A stretch of 64,000 bases of DNA from Octopus sinensis (lineage: Eukaryota). The notes under the pieces were generated by a model that had not been told where the DNA came from, ran no database searches, and worked only from the letters and a program-made list of their open reading frames with translations. Shown one piece after another: positions 12,801 through 26,666 of this stretch (position 1 is the first letter of the stretch; every line of letters begins with the position of its first letter). The stretch spans positions 27,838,001 through 27,902,000 of the forward strand of contig NC_042999.1 of NCBI RefSeq assembly GCF_006345805.1, written 5' to 3'. The position numbers and the translations under genes are program-made.

Positions 12801-15322
12801 CTTCGCTTCATCGAAGCACTCCATGTAATGCTAATAGATGACTTAACTACCTGATTTGCTTTATTCTGTTTAGCTATAAATTGTGGCGAGCTTGACTTCA
12901 ATATTCCTCGATCGTTAATGGATCTCCTTTAATCATGTGTGTGTATGTGTGTGCGCGCGCGCGCGTATTTATATATTAATGTCAAACAGTGAGAATGATT
13001 GCTCAACACCGCATTGGTGCATAGATATTGGCTACCATTGGTTTCATACTGAGAATTCTATGCAATAATCAAGCGTGTCATTTGGTGCTCATCTCCACAC
13101 AAAGTGTGCACATATATACACATATGTACGTATGTATGTATGTATGTATGTATGTATGTATGTATGTATGTATGTAGGTATGTATGTATGTATGTATGTA
13201 TGTAGGTAGGTAGGTAGGTAGGTAGGTAGGTAGGTAGGTAGGGTGGATAAACATGTAGGCTTGAGACTTGTATAAACATGTAGGCTTGAGACTTGTATTT
13301 ACAGATTATAAAAGAACGAATTATGTAATGTCTTTGTTTTATAATCTGTATTTCGTGCTCCATGCAGATAAACACAGTTCAGCCAGTGTTTATCAACCTC
13401 AATGCCTCCATAACAGCTCGGAGAAAATTAAAGGGATGGAAGAAAGGTATTATAAGTTCGACAGCTGTTTCTAGGGACTCGGCGATCCACGATAATGCCC
13501 CGTCTTTGAACTACTCTGCATTAAGATCAGAGGCTCGTCACACCCAATGTTAATTGCATCCATACGGTGCATATGATGAACTATTGTTTGGTAATCTGCA
13601 GCTCCGCTATTATCCAAAAATAAACTGGACCTGAAGTGTGTCGTAAAAACAGAGTATAAACAGGCGAATGGATTGTTTTGTACCGCTACAAGTGCTTCAT
13701 TAAGAATCTTATTATGACATAAAATGGTTAAGTCATGTGGGTAGTATGCATAACATCAATAAGATTGTGTGATCCGTTATACAACTCTGAAATCATCAGG
13801 TTTAGTAAATATACACGCGAGCATTGACTTGCTTATGACTCAAAAGTTCATCAACAAGTGAAATTTCTAGTCAGAATTAACAATTTAGAAATGGGTTAGA
13901 CTACTATCAGTTAATCACGAGGGTGGATAGTAGAAAGAAGTTGTAAAATATAGAATAGTTAAATGCATATCTGTCATAAAATGTAGCTGTATCACTTGTA
14001 AAAATTGATATTAGCAAAACAGGCAGACAGCATGCGCCAAGCATGATATTTACCCCATGAAGACATATTAAAAGATGGTTGCCGCCGTTGCTCTAAAAAA
14101 AGGAGTTTATTTTGTTTACTATATGAAAAGAGTGACATGGCTAATTAATTCAAGTGTCACTTATTCATTAACTTAATTCATCTTGATTAAAGTGCTTCGA
14201 TTAATTATTGCAGAACTAATAGAACTTTAGCTTTAATTATGGAATACCCATTTAATTATTATTCAGGGAAAACGTTCAATAACTTAAAGTAAAAGGTACA
14301 AAATAGGGAAGGTTTTATGAAATTTCGGAGAACAGGGAGAGAAAACGAAGAAAGAAATAAAAAAAGAAAATAGTTTATATAGGGAGATGGCCATAATCGC
14401 AGTACCAACAATCATGATCTATAAATACTTGAGTAGAAACAGAATAGGATAAATCTGATAAAGACAGTAGATTGGTGGGAAGACGGCGTTAGCATAAACA
14501 AACAGATAAATGTTTATATTAGAGTAATGAAAGTAGTTTAGGCAATAATCAGTGTCAACATGAAATTTATCTTAGTCAAATATCGAAATTTAGAGGGATC
14601 AATTATACAACTGATATGAAGTTACTTCTTTATTAATTCTAGCCTTTTCTCTCGGTGTTATCAGAAAGAGATTTCAGTTTTTACTAGAAGGTTGAGTGAC
14701 TAAACAGAAGCCCCTTCCACCGTTATATCAATCTGGTAAAATTAGCCGTCCTTATCGTCAGATTTAGTGAACTATATTACCGGCGATCATCCGAACCAGA
14801 TTCATTCCAAGCTTTCTACTATATTTGTCTCTCATTTTGTGATTGGTAAAAAATCTTTTAAGGGACTAAAATCTTAAAACAAACTTAGAAGAAAAAAGCA
14901 CGAACAAAAAACACTGTATCTTTTCAAACATTGACACAAAACTCAGATTTTAGAAGTGAAACAATCGATTAATGGTTCGGCAGTACTTGATTCAAACTTT
15001 ATTTTATCGACTCTAAAATGAATGAAAAGCAAGCGTGACTTCGGATGGATTGGAACTAAGAATATAGAAAACTGGAACAGTGACTCGAAGGCATCTTGAT
15101 CCACTCTCTTAACAATAGCAATATCAACTACATCTACACCACTTTGTATCAATTTTCACTGAATAGTGTATTATAAATTCGGCCGCATAATTTGCACGAC
15201 ACAGGCATATAGATAAGTAACATACAGAGTGCAAGCGAGTAGAATAATTCTCTCTCTCTCTCTCTCACTCTCACATACACACGCATCCACACAATACATA
15301 TGAATGCATATATAAATATATA

Positions 15323-15371
<49 letters not shown>

Positions 15372-16583
15372 AGTATATATACATATATATACAAGTATAT
15401 ATACATATATACATATGTATATATACTTGTATATATATGTATATATATAATATATAAATATTATATATATATATGTATATATATACATATGTGTATACAT
15501 AGATTTGTATATAAATATAAATATGCATATATACACAAATATATATGTGTGTGTGTGTGTGTATGTTTGTATGCATGTGTATGTAAGGAGAAAAGGAAAA
15601 CTTAGAGAAGTGTTTGTGTGTTTATGGACCCGTGGGTGTGTCTGACTTTCAATAGTTGGCAACGATCGTCTGTGTTTACTTACTCTTGGCTCTGTTTATT
15701 TTTATCTTTAAATTTCTTCTCTCTTTCTTTACCATTTCCACCGTTTCCTACCATATTACTTGCAATATAAGATAGGGGAACCAACCAAGCTCAACTAATT
15801 ATACACATTCTACAAACTCAAGCCGATGTGGCGAATAAAATATGGCCGCTATTGCTACATTCAGACATACCAGCGACCACAATAAGGGATCTTTATTGAT
15901 ACCATTACGCAATAATGCTAGCTTTTTATCTCCCAGCAGCCGATATGCATGGATGGCCATCAGAGTATAGTCTAGTACGAAGTATACTTTGTTTTATTGT
16001 GATTTTATTTCATTTTTTTTTTTTGTTTTTTGCTTCTTTCATTCTGTGTCATCGACGTCGTTTCTAAAACTAGAGACTTCTTCAGTGAAACCTCTTTAAA
16101 CACTGTAAAAGTTTTCCTGCTCATAAACTTTTCGTCAATTTCCCCACATACATCATTTTTACCCTTATCAGCAATATTACCCGTTGTTTTTTTTTTCTGC
16201 TTTTGTAATTGTTGTTCATGACATTTAGGACATTTAGAGAAGAGAGAGAAATTTGCGTGAGAATTGGTTTTTATTTCTAGCAGACAAAGCACAATATAAG
16301 AGGACTCTACGTTGACTAGTGGTTAGTTTGATCCTAGTTCAGCTGTGATTGAGCTGAAAACTAATTTCAGTTGTGACACGTTCTCATTTTTGGCCCCGTC
16401 TACTTTTGAAAAACGTTACTTTTTGTCCCTTTCAATTTCCTCTGGACACGCTTTTCAAGATGGCGTCAGAACCGTTTCTCCTGGATTATTCTTAATTTTA
16501 AATTTCAATCACGCGATCAGTAAAAATAATTTTCACTCGTACTTTTGCGTGCGCACACACACACACGCACTCACTCAAGCATG

Positions 16584-16625
<42 letters not shown>

Positions 16626-16704
16626 GAGAGAGTGAGAAAGAGAGCGAGAGAGAGATAGTACCATTTAACTTGCGCACTCACATTTTCATGCACATATATA
16701 ACTA

Positions 16705-16932
16705 TTTCTTTATTACCCTCAAGGGGCTAAACATAGAGGGGACAAACAAGGACAGACATAGGTATTAAGTCGATTACATCGACCCCAGTGTGTAACTGGT
16801 ACTTAATTTATCGACCCCGAAAGGATGAAAGGCAAAGTCGACCTCGGCGGAATTTGAACTCACAACGTAGCGACAGACGAAATACCGCTAAGCATTTCGC
16901 CCGGCGTGCTAACGATTCTGCCAGCTCACCGC
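16705..16932 (-). mobile_element. SINE family A
   Basis: Full match. Confidence 0.9.
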
Positions 16933-17269
16933 CTTCAACAAATACCAGCGCCTACATACACTGCACACACGGACGCACGCGCGCGCGCGCACACACACGA
17001 GTACGTACACCAACACATCAACTTTTGCATACATATACGCTTTCATACGCACGCGCACGCTTTAAGTGCCATATGCTTTCTACACGTATAGAACATATAT
17101 AATAATTATATTCCGCTGTATGAATGCCATGCCCATAAACTTCACATACCAACAAATATACACTAGCGGTTGAAGATGACACAGTCAACCACGCCAAGCA
17201 CACAGTCGGTGTTGCATTTTATATCTTTTCTACTATAGGCACAAGGTCCGAAATCTTTAGAGATAGTGA

Positions 17270-17808
17270 GGGCCAGCCGATTAGATCGACTCCAGTATGC
17301 AACTGGTACTTAATTTATCGACCCCCGAAAGGATGAAAGGCAAAGTCGACCTCGGTGGAACTTGAACTTAGAACGTAAAGACAGACGAAATACCTATTTC
17401 TTTATTACCCACAAGGGGCTAAACATAGAGGGGACAAACAAGGACGGACATAGGTATTAAGTCGATTACATCGACCCGAGTGCGTAACTGGTACTTAATT
17501 TATCGAGCCCGAAAGGATGAAAGGCAAAGTCGACCTCGGTGGAATTTGAACTCAGAACGTAAAGACAGAGGAAATACCTATTTCTTTATTACCCACAAGG
17601 GGCTAAACACAGAAGGGACAAACAAGGACAGACATAGGTATTAAGTCGATTACATCGACCCCAGTGCGTAACTGGTACTTAATTTATCGACCCCGAAAGG
17701 ATGAAAGGCAAAGTCGACCTCGGTGGAATTTGAACTCAGAACGTAACGGCAGACGAAATACCGCAAAGCATTTCGCCCGGCGTGCTAATGTTTCTGCCAG
17801 CTCGCCTC
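17270..17808 (-). mobile_element. SINE family A, trimeric array (184-bp period)
   Basis: One headed unit plus two headless units joined at GAAATAGGTATTTC. Confidence 0.9.
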
Positions 17809-18236
17809 CTGTTATATATAGGCACTTGTACCTTATCTACGACGGTACTCCACAAAGCCCAAAGTCATTTTTGCTTCTCTTTACTTTCTACATAATTTTT
17901 TTTTTACTTATCTTTTCTATCAAGTCCTTTTCTTTTTTCTCTCTTTCATTGTCAATGTTCTCTCCTTCCTTTCCCTCTTTTGTAGACGAAGAGTAATGTC
18001 CAAAAGGTCAAGAACATTCTGTTTCTCTTTTTTGTTTTCAGTAACAACTTTATTATTGCACCGATTTCCTTCTGCTTTACTCTTTTGATGTTTTTGTTGA
18101 ATTGTCTTATCTTTGCATTACACACACACACACACACACACAAACAGGCACGTGGTGGATCTCCGTCGTTCGGCAATAATGATTCAGTTCAATCAAATAA
18201 ATGAACTGCTGAATGAATAAAGATATTCCACAGATA

Positions 18237-18660
18237 CTCTTTTACTCTTTTACTCTTTTAGTTGTTTCAGTCATTTGACAGTGGCCATGCTGGAGCACCG
18301 CCTTTAGTCGAGCAAATCGACCCCGGGACTTATTCTTTGTAAGCCCAGTACTTATTCTATCAGTCTCTTTTGCCGAACCGCTAAGTGACGGGGACATAAA
18401 CACACCAGCATCGGTTGTCAAGCAATGCTAGGGGGGCAAACACAGACACACAAACACGCACACACACACACACACACACACAGATATATATATACATATA
18501 TACGACGGGCTTCTTTCAGTTTCCGTCTACCAAATCCACTCACAAGGCATTGGTCGGCCCGAGGCTATAGTAGAAGACACTTGCCCAAGGTGCCACGTAG
18601 TGGGACTGAACCCGGAACTGTGGTTGGTAAGCAAGCTACTTACCACACAGCCACTCCTGC
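18237..18660 (-). mobile_element. SINE family B
   Basis: Full match. Confidence 0.9.
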
Positions 18661-19335
18661 GTCGCTTAATGTAATTCTCAATTAGAATCAGCATGTCACT
18701 ACGTGAGACAAGGCAATTCACTCGATCCTAGTTTATAGTAAACGACATTTGCTCAAGAAGCCATGCAATGAGATCGAACCCGGAACCCCCGCTCTTGCAT
18801 AGCATACCTCTTAACCATTAGGTCGTGCTCCCGCCAATCTTCTGAATATTTCTTACTTCTTGCCCCTCTCTTCCATCCTTTCTTTTGCTCATTCCGACAC
18901 TATCTGTCTTTGAATCCTTTCCAGTATATCTCATTAACCTCCCCCTTCCTCCCTCTGTCCTCGTCGTAGTCACATGCGCACGCATACACACCCACTCATA
19001 CATTCACATACACACGACCTCAAACGCACAGCCACGCACATAACTATACACATACACACAGAAAAATACAACGACACAACTGTACGAAGACAAAACCTCC
19101 ACCTTATCACACAAACGCGCGCGCTCGTATACACACAACCACACAGCTACACACAGCTCAAAATCCCCCTCCCTCTGAGCTAACTAGTGTTGTTCTATGA
19201 CCCAATAATCTCACAATAGGAGTCGGGAGGGAGGTGGAGGAAGTGACGAGTTTCTTTGCCGAAATCACTTTATCAGCGAGGATACTGTGAAATAATTAAG
19301 AATTTCAAAGTCTGAGAATACAAAAGATTACTCAC

Positions 19336-19358
19336 AGTCGTTGGTCCGTGTCTAGCAT
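19336..19358 (-). CDS. Putative first coding exon (MLDTDQR-L, phase 2) of an unidentified gene
   Basis: AAC-ATG context with an upstream in-frame TGA; donor CT|GTGAGT at 19335; phase matches the exon at 3820. Confidence 0.5.
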
Positions 19359-20439
19359 GTTGGTTAGACAAACAGATTGGCAAGTAATTTGCAGTCAACC
19401 ACAAAGAAGGAGGCCATATTAACAGCTAATAATCACTCCTCCTTTGCTTTTAACGCTCGTCACAAAAATTACTGCGAACTTCATAGATCCGACAATCCAT
19501 CGGGTCACCCACCAATGAAAACTTTGTGCTTGTGTCTGTGTTGTTGTTATTCTTGTTTTGTTTGTTTTAGTCAGGGGGGGGGGAGTAGCCCTGACCGTCA
19601 GGGTTTTTGCAACTGGTGAAAGAAACGACAAAATTTTCTTCAGATAGAAGACCTGTCCCGAATGCTGGACTTTGTTAAGGTTCCTAAGTGCCACGTGGTG
19701 GTATTAAATCAAGGAAACGACTTCTACCCAGTTCCCATCTACGAAATCCGCACTGACAAAAGGGGTTGATCTAGGATCAATCATCAAGACGTGATGGTCA
19801 TGGCTGGAATGCATGAGTAGGCTTCACGTTGACTTGAGGTGAAACAAGACAGGAGGGTTATGCTTAGAATGTCTTTGAACTTAGGCCAGCTCGATCAGAT
19901 TTGACCTGGGTTTAAGCAACAATTCTTGTACAATGAACCAAGAATGTAGCTTCTATATTATTGCTAGCTCTCTCTTCCTAGAAGTAGAAGCCAAATCTCT
20001 CTCAAGTCAGTACAATTTTTATAATTAAGGACACATTAGATATTGTATTCAGAATAAAAATATGACGAGGTGACTATGGCTAGAAATCTTTTGGTCATAG
20101 GTCTATCTCAGTGGTTCTCAACTATTTTTGTGACTATGGACCCTTTTGATTTCTGTTTTACTCAGAGAGTGGGACCCTCATCGTCATTCAATGTCTAAAA
20201 CTCCTATTTTATCTTGAAATACGAAGACAAGCTTTTGTATGCGAACAACGAGAGAATCAAATGGAAAGCAAGACATAAATATTTTATTTATATTATTATA
20301 TGATCGAACTATTTATTTTGGTTTGTGGGACCAGCTGTTTTCTCGAAGGCACATATTGTCGTGAATTGCTCGAAATGTGGAATAGACAAACAGCCGACAA
20401 CTAATGAAGGGTCGTTCTTTATGTTACTTGTCTTGTCTT

Positions 20440-20678
20440 CCATTTGTTTTTTTCTCGCTATTCGCATAAAAAAGCTTGTCTTCGTTTTTCATGGTGTTTT
20501 CGTAGATCGTTAGCCACTACAGACATTTTTTCTCTCCTTGTTTTTTTCTGTCTCTTTCTGTAGAAGAGCGTAGGCTCGAAACGTAAAAGAGTTTTTCTAT
20601 TCCTGAGCATTATACTAATACATCTGTTTGTTTTGTACACAACCTGTCTTCGTCTTTTGTTTTGTTCGTAAACTCTCC

Positions 20679-20680
<2 letters not shown>
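20440..20680 (+). mobile_element. Penelope-like terminal fragment (family 2) with a hammerhead-like motif
   Basis: CTCTTT-CTGTAGA-A-GAGC-GTAG-GCTC-GAAAC-GTA-AAAGAG at 20552-20591; homologous to 52880-53100. Confidence 0.55.
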
Positions 20681-20737
<57 letters not shown>

Positions 20738-20754
20738 ATATTATATATATATAT

Positions 20755-20797
<43 letters not shown>

Positions 20798-21408
20798 CAT
20801 ACATATATATATATAAATATATATATACATATAGGTAGATATATATATATATATATACAAATATGTATGTATGTACATATATGCATGTATATATGCCTAT
20901 ATATATAAGCATATTATTATATATATATACGCATGTATATATATATAATATATATATAATATATATAATATATATATATACACATATATATATCTATGTT
21001 TACACACACACATACACACACACATATATCGCTTATATATCATTGCCGGCCTATCTGAAACTATATCAATATTTCTCTCCCTCTACATGTATATTGCACG
21101 TCATTGTTATGCAATCTCTATAGGGAAATCTTTATAACGCCCCGTTTATCCTGTATCCAGCAGACAGTGGGACACAACTGTAGATATACGGCTGCCAAAC
21201 AGATGTACTTTTGTGACCAAGTTTGATATCAAATGTAGGATAAGCGTTGGACTAAATACCAGCTAAGCATTTCTTTAAGTGCAGTTACTTTTCCATTACT
21301 ATGAACCTACTTGCTTAGCTCACTGTTTATCTCTCTTTCTATGTATCTTTATACTCATCATTATACAAGCACATATATTTGTATATTCAATACATCATAT
21401 AAGATATA

Positions 21409-21608
21409 CTTTTACTTTTTTACTTGTTTCAGTCATGTGACTGTGGCCATGCTGGAGCACCGTCTTTAGTCGAGCAAATCGACCCAGGGACTTATTCTTT
21501 GGAAGTCCAGTACTTATTCTATCGGTCTATTTTGCCGAACCGCTAAGTTACGGGGACGTAAACACACCAACATCGGTTGGGGAGACAAACGCAGACACAC
21601 AGACATAT

Positions 21609-21655
<47 letters not shown>

Positions 21656-21815
21656 TACGACGGGCTTTCAGTTTCCGTCTACCAAATCCACTCACAAGGC
21701 TTTGGTTGGCCCGAGGCTATAGTAGAGACACTTGCCCAAGGTGCCACGCAGTGTACGAAAACCCGGAACCATGTGGTTGGTAAACAAGCTACTTACCACA
21801 CAGCCACTCCTACGC
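21409..21815 (-). mobile_element. SINE family B
   Basis: Full match. Confidence 0.9.
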
Positions 21816-22075
21816 CTATACATATACATATTTACTTACAACCGCTTAACAACCAGTGACAGCTTTTTTACATCCCGCAGCATAACGGTTCTACAAAAAG
21901 GGCCGATAGACTAAGTACCTGGCTTTAAATAATAGTACTGGGGTCGCTCAAGGCGGTACTCCAGTATGGTCGTTGTCTAATGACTGAAACAAGTAAAAGA
22001 TAAGGCACCAAGCAGTTTTACTTTCTTTTTCATCATTGTGGTTCTTATTTATTGTAAAAACAAGAAACATTAAAG

Positions 22076-22475
22076 AAAAACAAATCTACAAAGATCATAC
22101 TTTGAGCCGGGGAAGTATCCCCTTGGTCACTAGTTCGGATCTTTTCGGTTTGAACGGCAGTTTTTAACATAATTTCTAGGTAACTAAAAAATTTTGAACT
22201 TCGTAAACAAAAACAAATCTACAAAGATCATACTTTGAGCCGGGGAAGTATCCCCTTGGTCACTAGTTCGGATCTTTTCGGTTTGAACGGCAGTTTTTAA
22301 CATAATTTCTAGGTAACTAAAAAATTTTGAACTTCGTAAACAAAAACAAATCTACAAAGATCATACTTTGAGCCGGGGAAGTATCCCCTTGGTCACTAGT
22401 AAAGGATCTTTTCGGTTTGAACGGCTGTTTTTAACATAATTTCTGGGTAACTAAAAAATTTTGAACTTCGTATAC
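22076..22475 (+). repeat. Three tandem 133-bp units spanning the left junction of the MITE
   Basis: CAAATCTACAAAG recurs at 22081, 22214 and 22347. Confidence 0.95.
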
Positions 22476-22831
22476 TGGTAGAATGTGTTTATAAAACATC
22501 TTTTTCTCTTGGCTTTATTGAGAAATTTCTATAGTTTGTAAGATATTTGTTGTTTTTTTTCTCTTCAATTTCTGCAATTTCAACCAATCACTGATGTCTA
22601 TTGAAGTAAAAAAAAACATTCTGTGCCGTATGAATATGTCCCTCGTTTAAGAAACAGATTGGGTTTATTTACATTTGTGAAGAAAAACAGATACCCTTCC
22701 CCCCACCCCTAACCCTAACCCTAACCCTAAAACAGATTGAAATGCAATAGATCGATTCTAGGGTCATAATTATGGGTGACAATTTCATATGACACCGCTA
22801 GAAAAAACTGCCGTTCAAACCGAAAAGATCC
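22404..22831 (+). mobile_element. MITE with 28-bp TIRs (GGATCTTTTCGGTTTGAACGGCAGTTTT), 8-bp TSD and an internal (CCCTAA)3-4 tract; copy 1
   Basis: TIRs at both ends; flanks CTAGTAAA / CTAGCAAA. Confidence 0.85.
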
Positions 22832-23199
22832 CTAGCAAAAATTGTAATCATAGATAGACTAAGACCAAATAAAATGGTATGTGATCATGACTTTCAGACT
22901 AGTTCTAACTCATTTAATATAGGTATGGAGTGTTGTAATAGTTGTTTAGTTCTCGGTCAACTTTGATCGAGCTGATCTATGATCAAAGTCGTTGCAGCTG
23001 CATCCATCACATCAGTTTGGTGGTGTTTCGGATTTGTTAAGAAGTGCACACTCTAATTTTCTGTTTTGCCATTTTAAGCCAGCAAGTTGTGTTTTGAGGG
23101 AGGTTTCGATAATGTTTCTAGCAGATCGACCAACCGAATTAAGAGGGTCTCTCATTCGTTCATACATATGTGTATGTGTTTATATGTTTGTTCCTTCTC

Positions 23200-23483
23200 A
23201 CCCTGGCTCATAAGGGCCGTTTTCTCGGTTTCCAGGGCGTATAGGTTCCCCACCTGAACGGGACGCCGGTCTGTCGCAAGTGAGCTGCAAGATGCAGGAG
23301 GAAAGAGTGAGAGAAAGTTGTGGCGAAAGAGTCAGCAGAAGTTCGCCATTATTTCTGCCGGAGCCGCGTAGAGCTTACGTGTTTTCACTCATAATCACAC
23401 ACACATCACCCGGTCTGAGATTCGAACCCGCGATCCCTCGACCGCGAGTCCGCTGCTCTAACCACTAGGTCATGTGCCCCCAC
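23200..23483 (-). mobile_element. SINE family C
   Basis: Match to 8853-9140. Confidence 0.85.
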
Positions 23484-24204
23484 AGTGTTTATATGTATGT
23501 ATTATTCACAACTGAAACTACCCTGATGAACATGTTTCTCTATTGTTCTACTATTTACTATATTTCTGTCCTTCTTTGTGGTCCGAATGGTGAAATCTTT
23601 TAAATTCCTGTACATTCCCGACCCTGACCTTTGATAACATGTGATTCGCTATGAATGGGGAAACCTTTTTTTGCACCCCGACTTTATATATAAATATATA
23701 TATTTCTATTTTTATTTCTAACCACTTATATTCCGGGTCAAGGTTAATGTGTCTTATCAAGCAGAAGAAAGCAAATACCTACCTCACTTGTAAAGGGATT
23801 GTTTGCTCTCTTTAGGCCAACCCTACCTAAGCAAACACTCATATCCTAACTACCTCAATGTACGCGCACAAGCATGCACGGGGAGGTGGGATAGGATGCG
23901 CGCGTACGTGTATTTGAGTGGGGAGGAGGTTATTTTACGCCGGTCACAAACTCTAGATAATGCTTGTTTTCAATACACAACGTCCTCAAGCATATATTTA
24001 ATCGCCTGCGAGATCAAGCCGAACTTGGGCTATACAACATCAACATACCTACGGGCAGAAGATGAAGCCTCTGTTGGTGAGAAATAGCTTCCAAATATTC
24101 TCAAAATACGAGCCTAAGAAAGAATAGTTCTATTGCGTTGAGTCAAAGGTTTTTAATATTTTGGTAAAATTATCATTTACATTATCCAAGTTACAAAAAA
24201 AGCA

Positions 24205-24950
24205 GCCTAACATTCAAAGTAGAAGCCATTGTGTTGCACCGTTCTTCCAGTTTTTTTAAACCTGCGGTGATACCACTTCTTGTTCTTCGAGGCGAAGAAT
24301 TCCTTCACTGAAGCCTCCAACTCATCTTGTTTGATAAAGCGTCGCGAACGCAGAAAGTGAGCCATAGACCGGAACAGGTAATGATCCGAGGGAGTTAGGT
24401 CCGGACTATATACTGAGTTCGGTTCCTTCAAGTATGTTTTGTGTCGTTCGAGCGGAATGTGGTCTTGCGTTGTCTTGTTGCAGAAGAGCTCGCTTTCTAT
24501 TAACCAATGCCGGGTATTATTGACGCACAATGGCATACATCCGCTCGTCTCATACTCTACGAGCGCTACTTGCCGTATTTGCCTCTATGGCTTGGGATAC
24601 TGTGTTGGAATTCACGGTTTTAGGCCCGCCTGACTTTGCCTGATCTTCGAATTTCTTGCAACTCAAGCGAAATTTTTTTTACCGTCTGGTTAGTGCACTG
24701 CGACCAACTGCGCCTTCACGTCTCGCTCAACAAATGCTTTTGGTTGCTTCAGCGGTGTTATGACCCAGTTCGAACTTGCAAAGCATAAGTTCCTGAATTA
24801 GATTATTTTGCACATTCATCTATGTGGCTTTCAAATCATGCACAGAATGAAGTAATGCACAATATGAAAGCGCACCAACTACCACGATACTACCAACCTC
24901 AGCGGCGGTTTGAACTGTTTCGGTCACATAGTATAGAAACCGCAAACTAG
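24205..24950 (-). pseudogene. Decayed, internally deleted mariner (DD34D) transposase remnant
   Basis: C-terminal YSPDLTPSDHYLFRSMAHFL (mariner YSPDLAP motif) and N-terminal FELGHNTAEATKSIC...KKF HTH-like segment with stops. Confidence 0.85.
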
Positions 24951-24952
24951 CA

Positions 24953-25160
24953 CTCTTTTACTTGTTTCAGTCATTTGACTGCGGCCATGCTGGAGCACCA
25001 CCTTTTAGTCGAGCAAATCGACCCCGGGACTTATTCTTTGTAAGCCCAGTACTTATTCTATCGGTCTCATTTGCCGAACCGCTAAGTGACGGGGACGTAA
25101 ACACACCAGCATCGGTTGTCAAGCAATGCTTGGGGGACAAACACAGACACACAAACACAT

Positions 25161-25199
<39 letters not shown>

Positions 25200-25345
25200 T
25201 ACGACAGGCTTCTTTCAGTTTCCGTCTACCAAATCCACTCACAAGGCATTGGTCGGCCCGGGGCTATAGTAGAAGACACTTGCCCAAGGTGCCACGCAGT
25301 GAGACTGAACCTGGAACCATGTGGTTGGTTAGCAAGCTACTTACC
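24953..25345 (-). mobile_element. SINE family B
   Basis: Full match; accounts for most of the 224-aa ORF at 24962. Confidence 0.9.
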
Positions 25346-25449
25346 ACACGGCCACTCCTGCGCCTATGCAGATATTGCAAAACTTTTAACTTGTCTCAAT
25401 ACACACAACTACAAAAGCAATGTAGGAGTTATTTAGTGTTTTGGGGTCT

Positions 25450-26120
25450 TACAACGTACACGCTCATTCAGGTGACCCGACTTACGTTGATCAAAACTTT
25501 TCACAGATTGCACTCTACTGACCCCACTCAGATCGCTCTTTCCAGCCAGAGCCATGTTGCTACTTTCTTAACAACATTTACGTCGTATTTGATGGTTGTT
25601 TTTCTATTCATTCCAGTAATGCCTAGTGGTCCATAGCCTTAATGAAGGAAACGATTTGCAGACGCTCAACCGCCCAGTTCCATTTGCAATAATCTGGTTC
25701 TTCATCCATTCTAGTTACAGTTCTCCATCATATCTAATACTTTCTTCTCATCTTGTATTTCCTCTATCTTCTCGTCCTAGGTTCAATTAACACTAATATG
25801 ATTAGCTGTCTTGGGTGGTATGCAATGGAAATTATAGCTGTTTCTCCACATCAACTTCAGTCATGTGTTGTGGAAAGTAAACCATCGGAACCATTCTTAG
25901 GTCTTTCCTTTTGCTGTTTCTTATACTTAATAAAAGTTATTTATCTGCCTTGATTGTTGGCATTTCAGCTGTCATTGATCCCTTAGCTCATTGCCTCAGT
26001 TATCATCTTGAATACATGATTGTCCCCGTAACAATAACAAGGAACTCTTTCAGTTCCTTGGAACAGCTACTTTAGAATGTGTTCAAGTGTCCCCGTGTTT
26101 GAACCACTGGATATGCTGTG
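25450..26120 (-). pseudogene. Highly decayed LINE (RTE/L2-like) ORF2 3' end
   Basis: Broken frames give VTRMDEE and KERSEW, reminiscent of the GHVxRM and DRSEW motifs. Confidence 0.35.
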
Positions 26121-26271
26121 GGTTTCGCTAAGCCCATGTAGGTAGGTTGGATAGCTGGAGTGGACAAGATAGCCCCCCCCCCACCCAATACATAATAATA
26201 TTACTCATCTCCTCAATGCAAGTTGACCTGTGACTAAACAACTACAGCAATATATCTATATACTGTTTAAT

Positions 26272-26490
26272 AGGCGGTGAGTAGGCAGAATCAATACCGT
26301 GCTGAAGAAAATGCTTAGCGGCATTTCGTCCATCTTTCCATTCAGAGCTCGAAACCTACCGAGGTCGACTTTGCCTTTCAGCTTTTCGAGGTCGTTAAAA
26401 TAAATACCAGCCGAGCACTGGGGTCGAAGTAATCGACTTAACCCTCCCCCCTAATTGCTGGCCATGTGCTAAAATTTGAAACCAATAGTC
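26272..26490 (+). mobile_element. SINE family A, diverged
   Basis: Head and body similarity. Confidence 0.75.
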
Positions 26491-26666
26491 AAAAGTATGT
26501 CACATTATAAAGGCAAGGAATTAGAAAAACCCGTTGAGCATCAGATTAATTGATTTGTGGAATATAGTTACGGTTCTTTAATGATCTAAATTCAATTCCC
26601 ACTGATGTCAACTTTGCTTAAGATATTTCTGGGGTCAATAAAATATAATGCCAGTCAGATATATAG

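Noticed and set aside
13331-13350. Similarity to miR-9
   Set aside because: The seed differs and the sequence is on the wrong arm.
13368-13446. Plus-strand exon-like segment encoding ...TARRKLKGW, resembling the CaMKII/CASK NARRKLKG motif
   Set aside because: The match is only 7 residues, flanking residues do not fit, the donor is weak and there are no kinase exons elsewhere in the window.
16005-16292. 95-aa minus ORF with a plausible acceptor
   Set aside because: Phase is incompatible with the 19336 donor, the poly-A-driven Lys runs look non-coding, and no homology was recognised.
16455-16495. CAAGATGGCG start/YY1-like motif
   Set aside because: The ORF closes after 11 codons, with no donor or other promoter support.
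22076-22475. CRISPR-like regular array
   Set aside because: Whole units are duplicated with no unique spacers, the context is eukaryotic, and there are no cas genes.
22706-22730. Telomere or chromosome-fusion remnant
   Set aside because: The short (CCCTAA)n tract is internal to a MITE present three times in the window.
24962-25636. 224-aa ORF
   Set aside because: Read-through of a SINE-B antisense strand into decayed LINE sequence; the same peptide recurs at many SINE copies.
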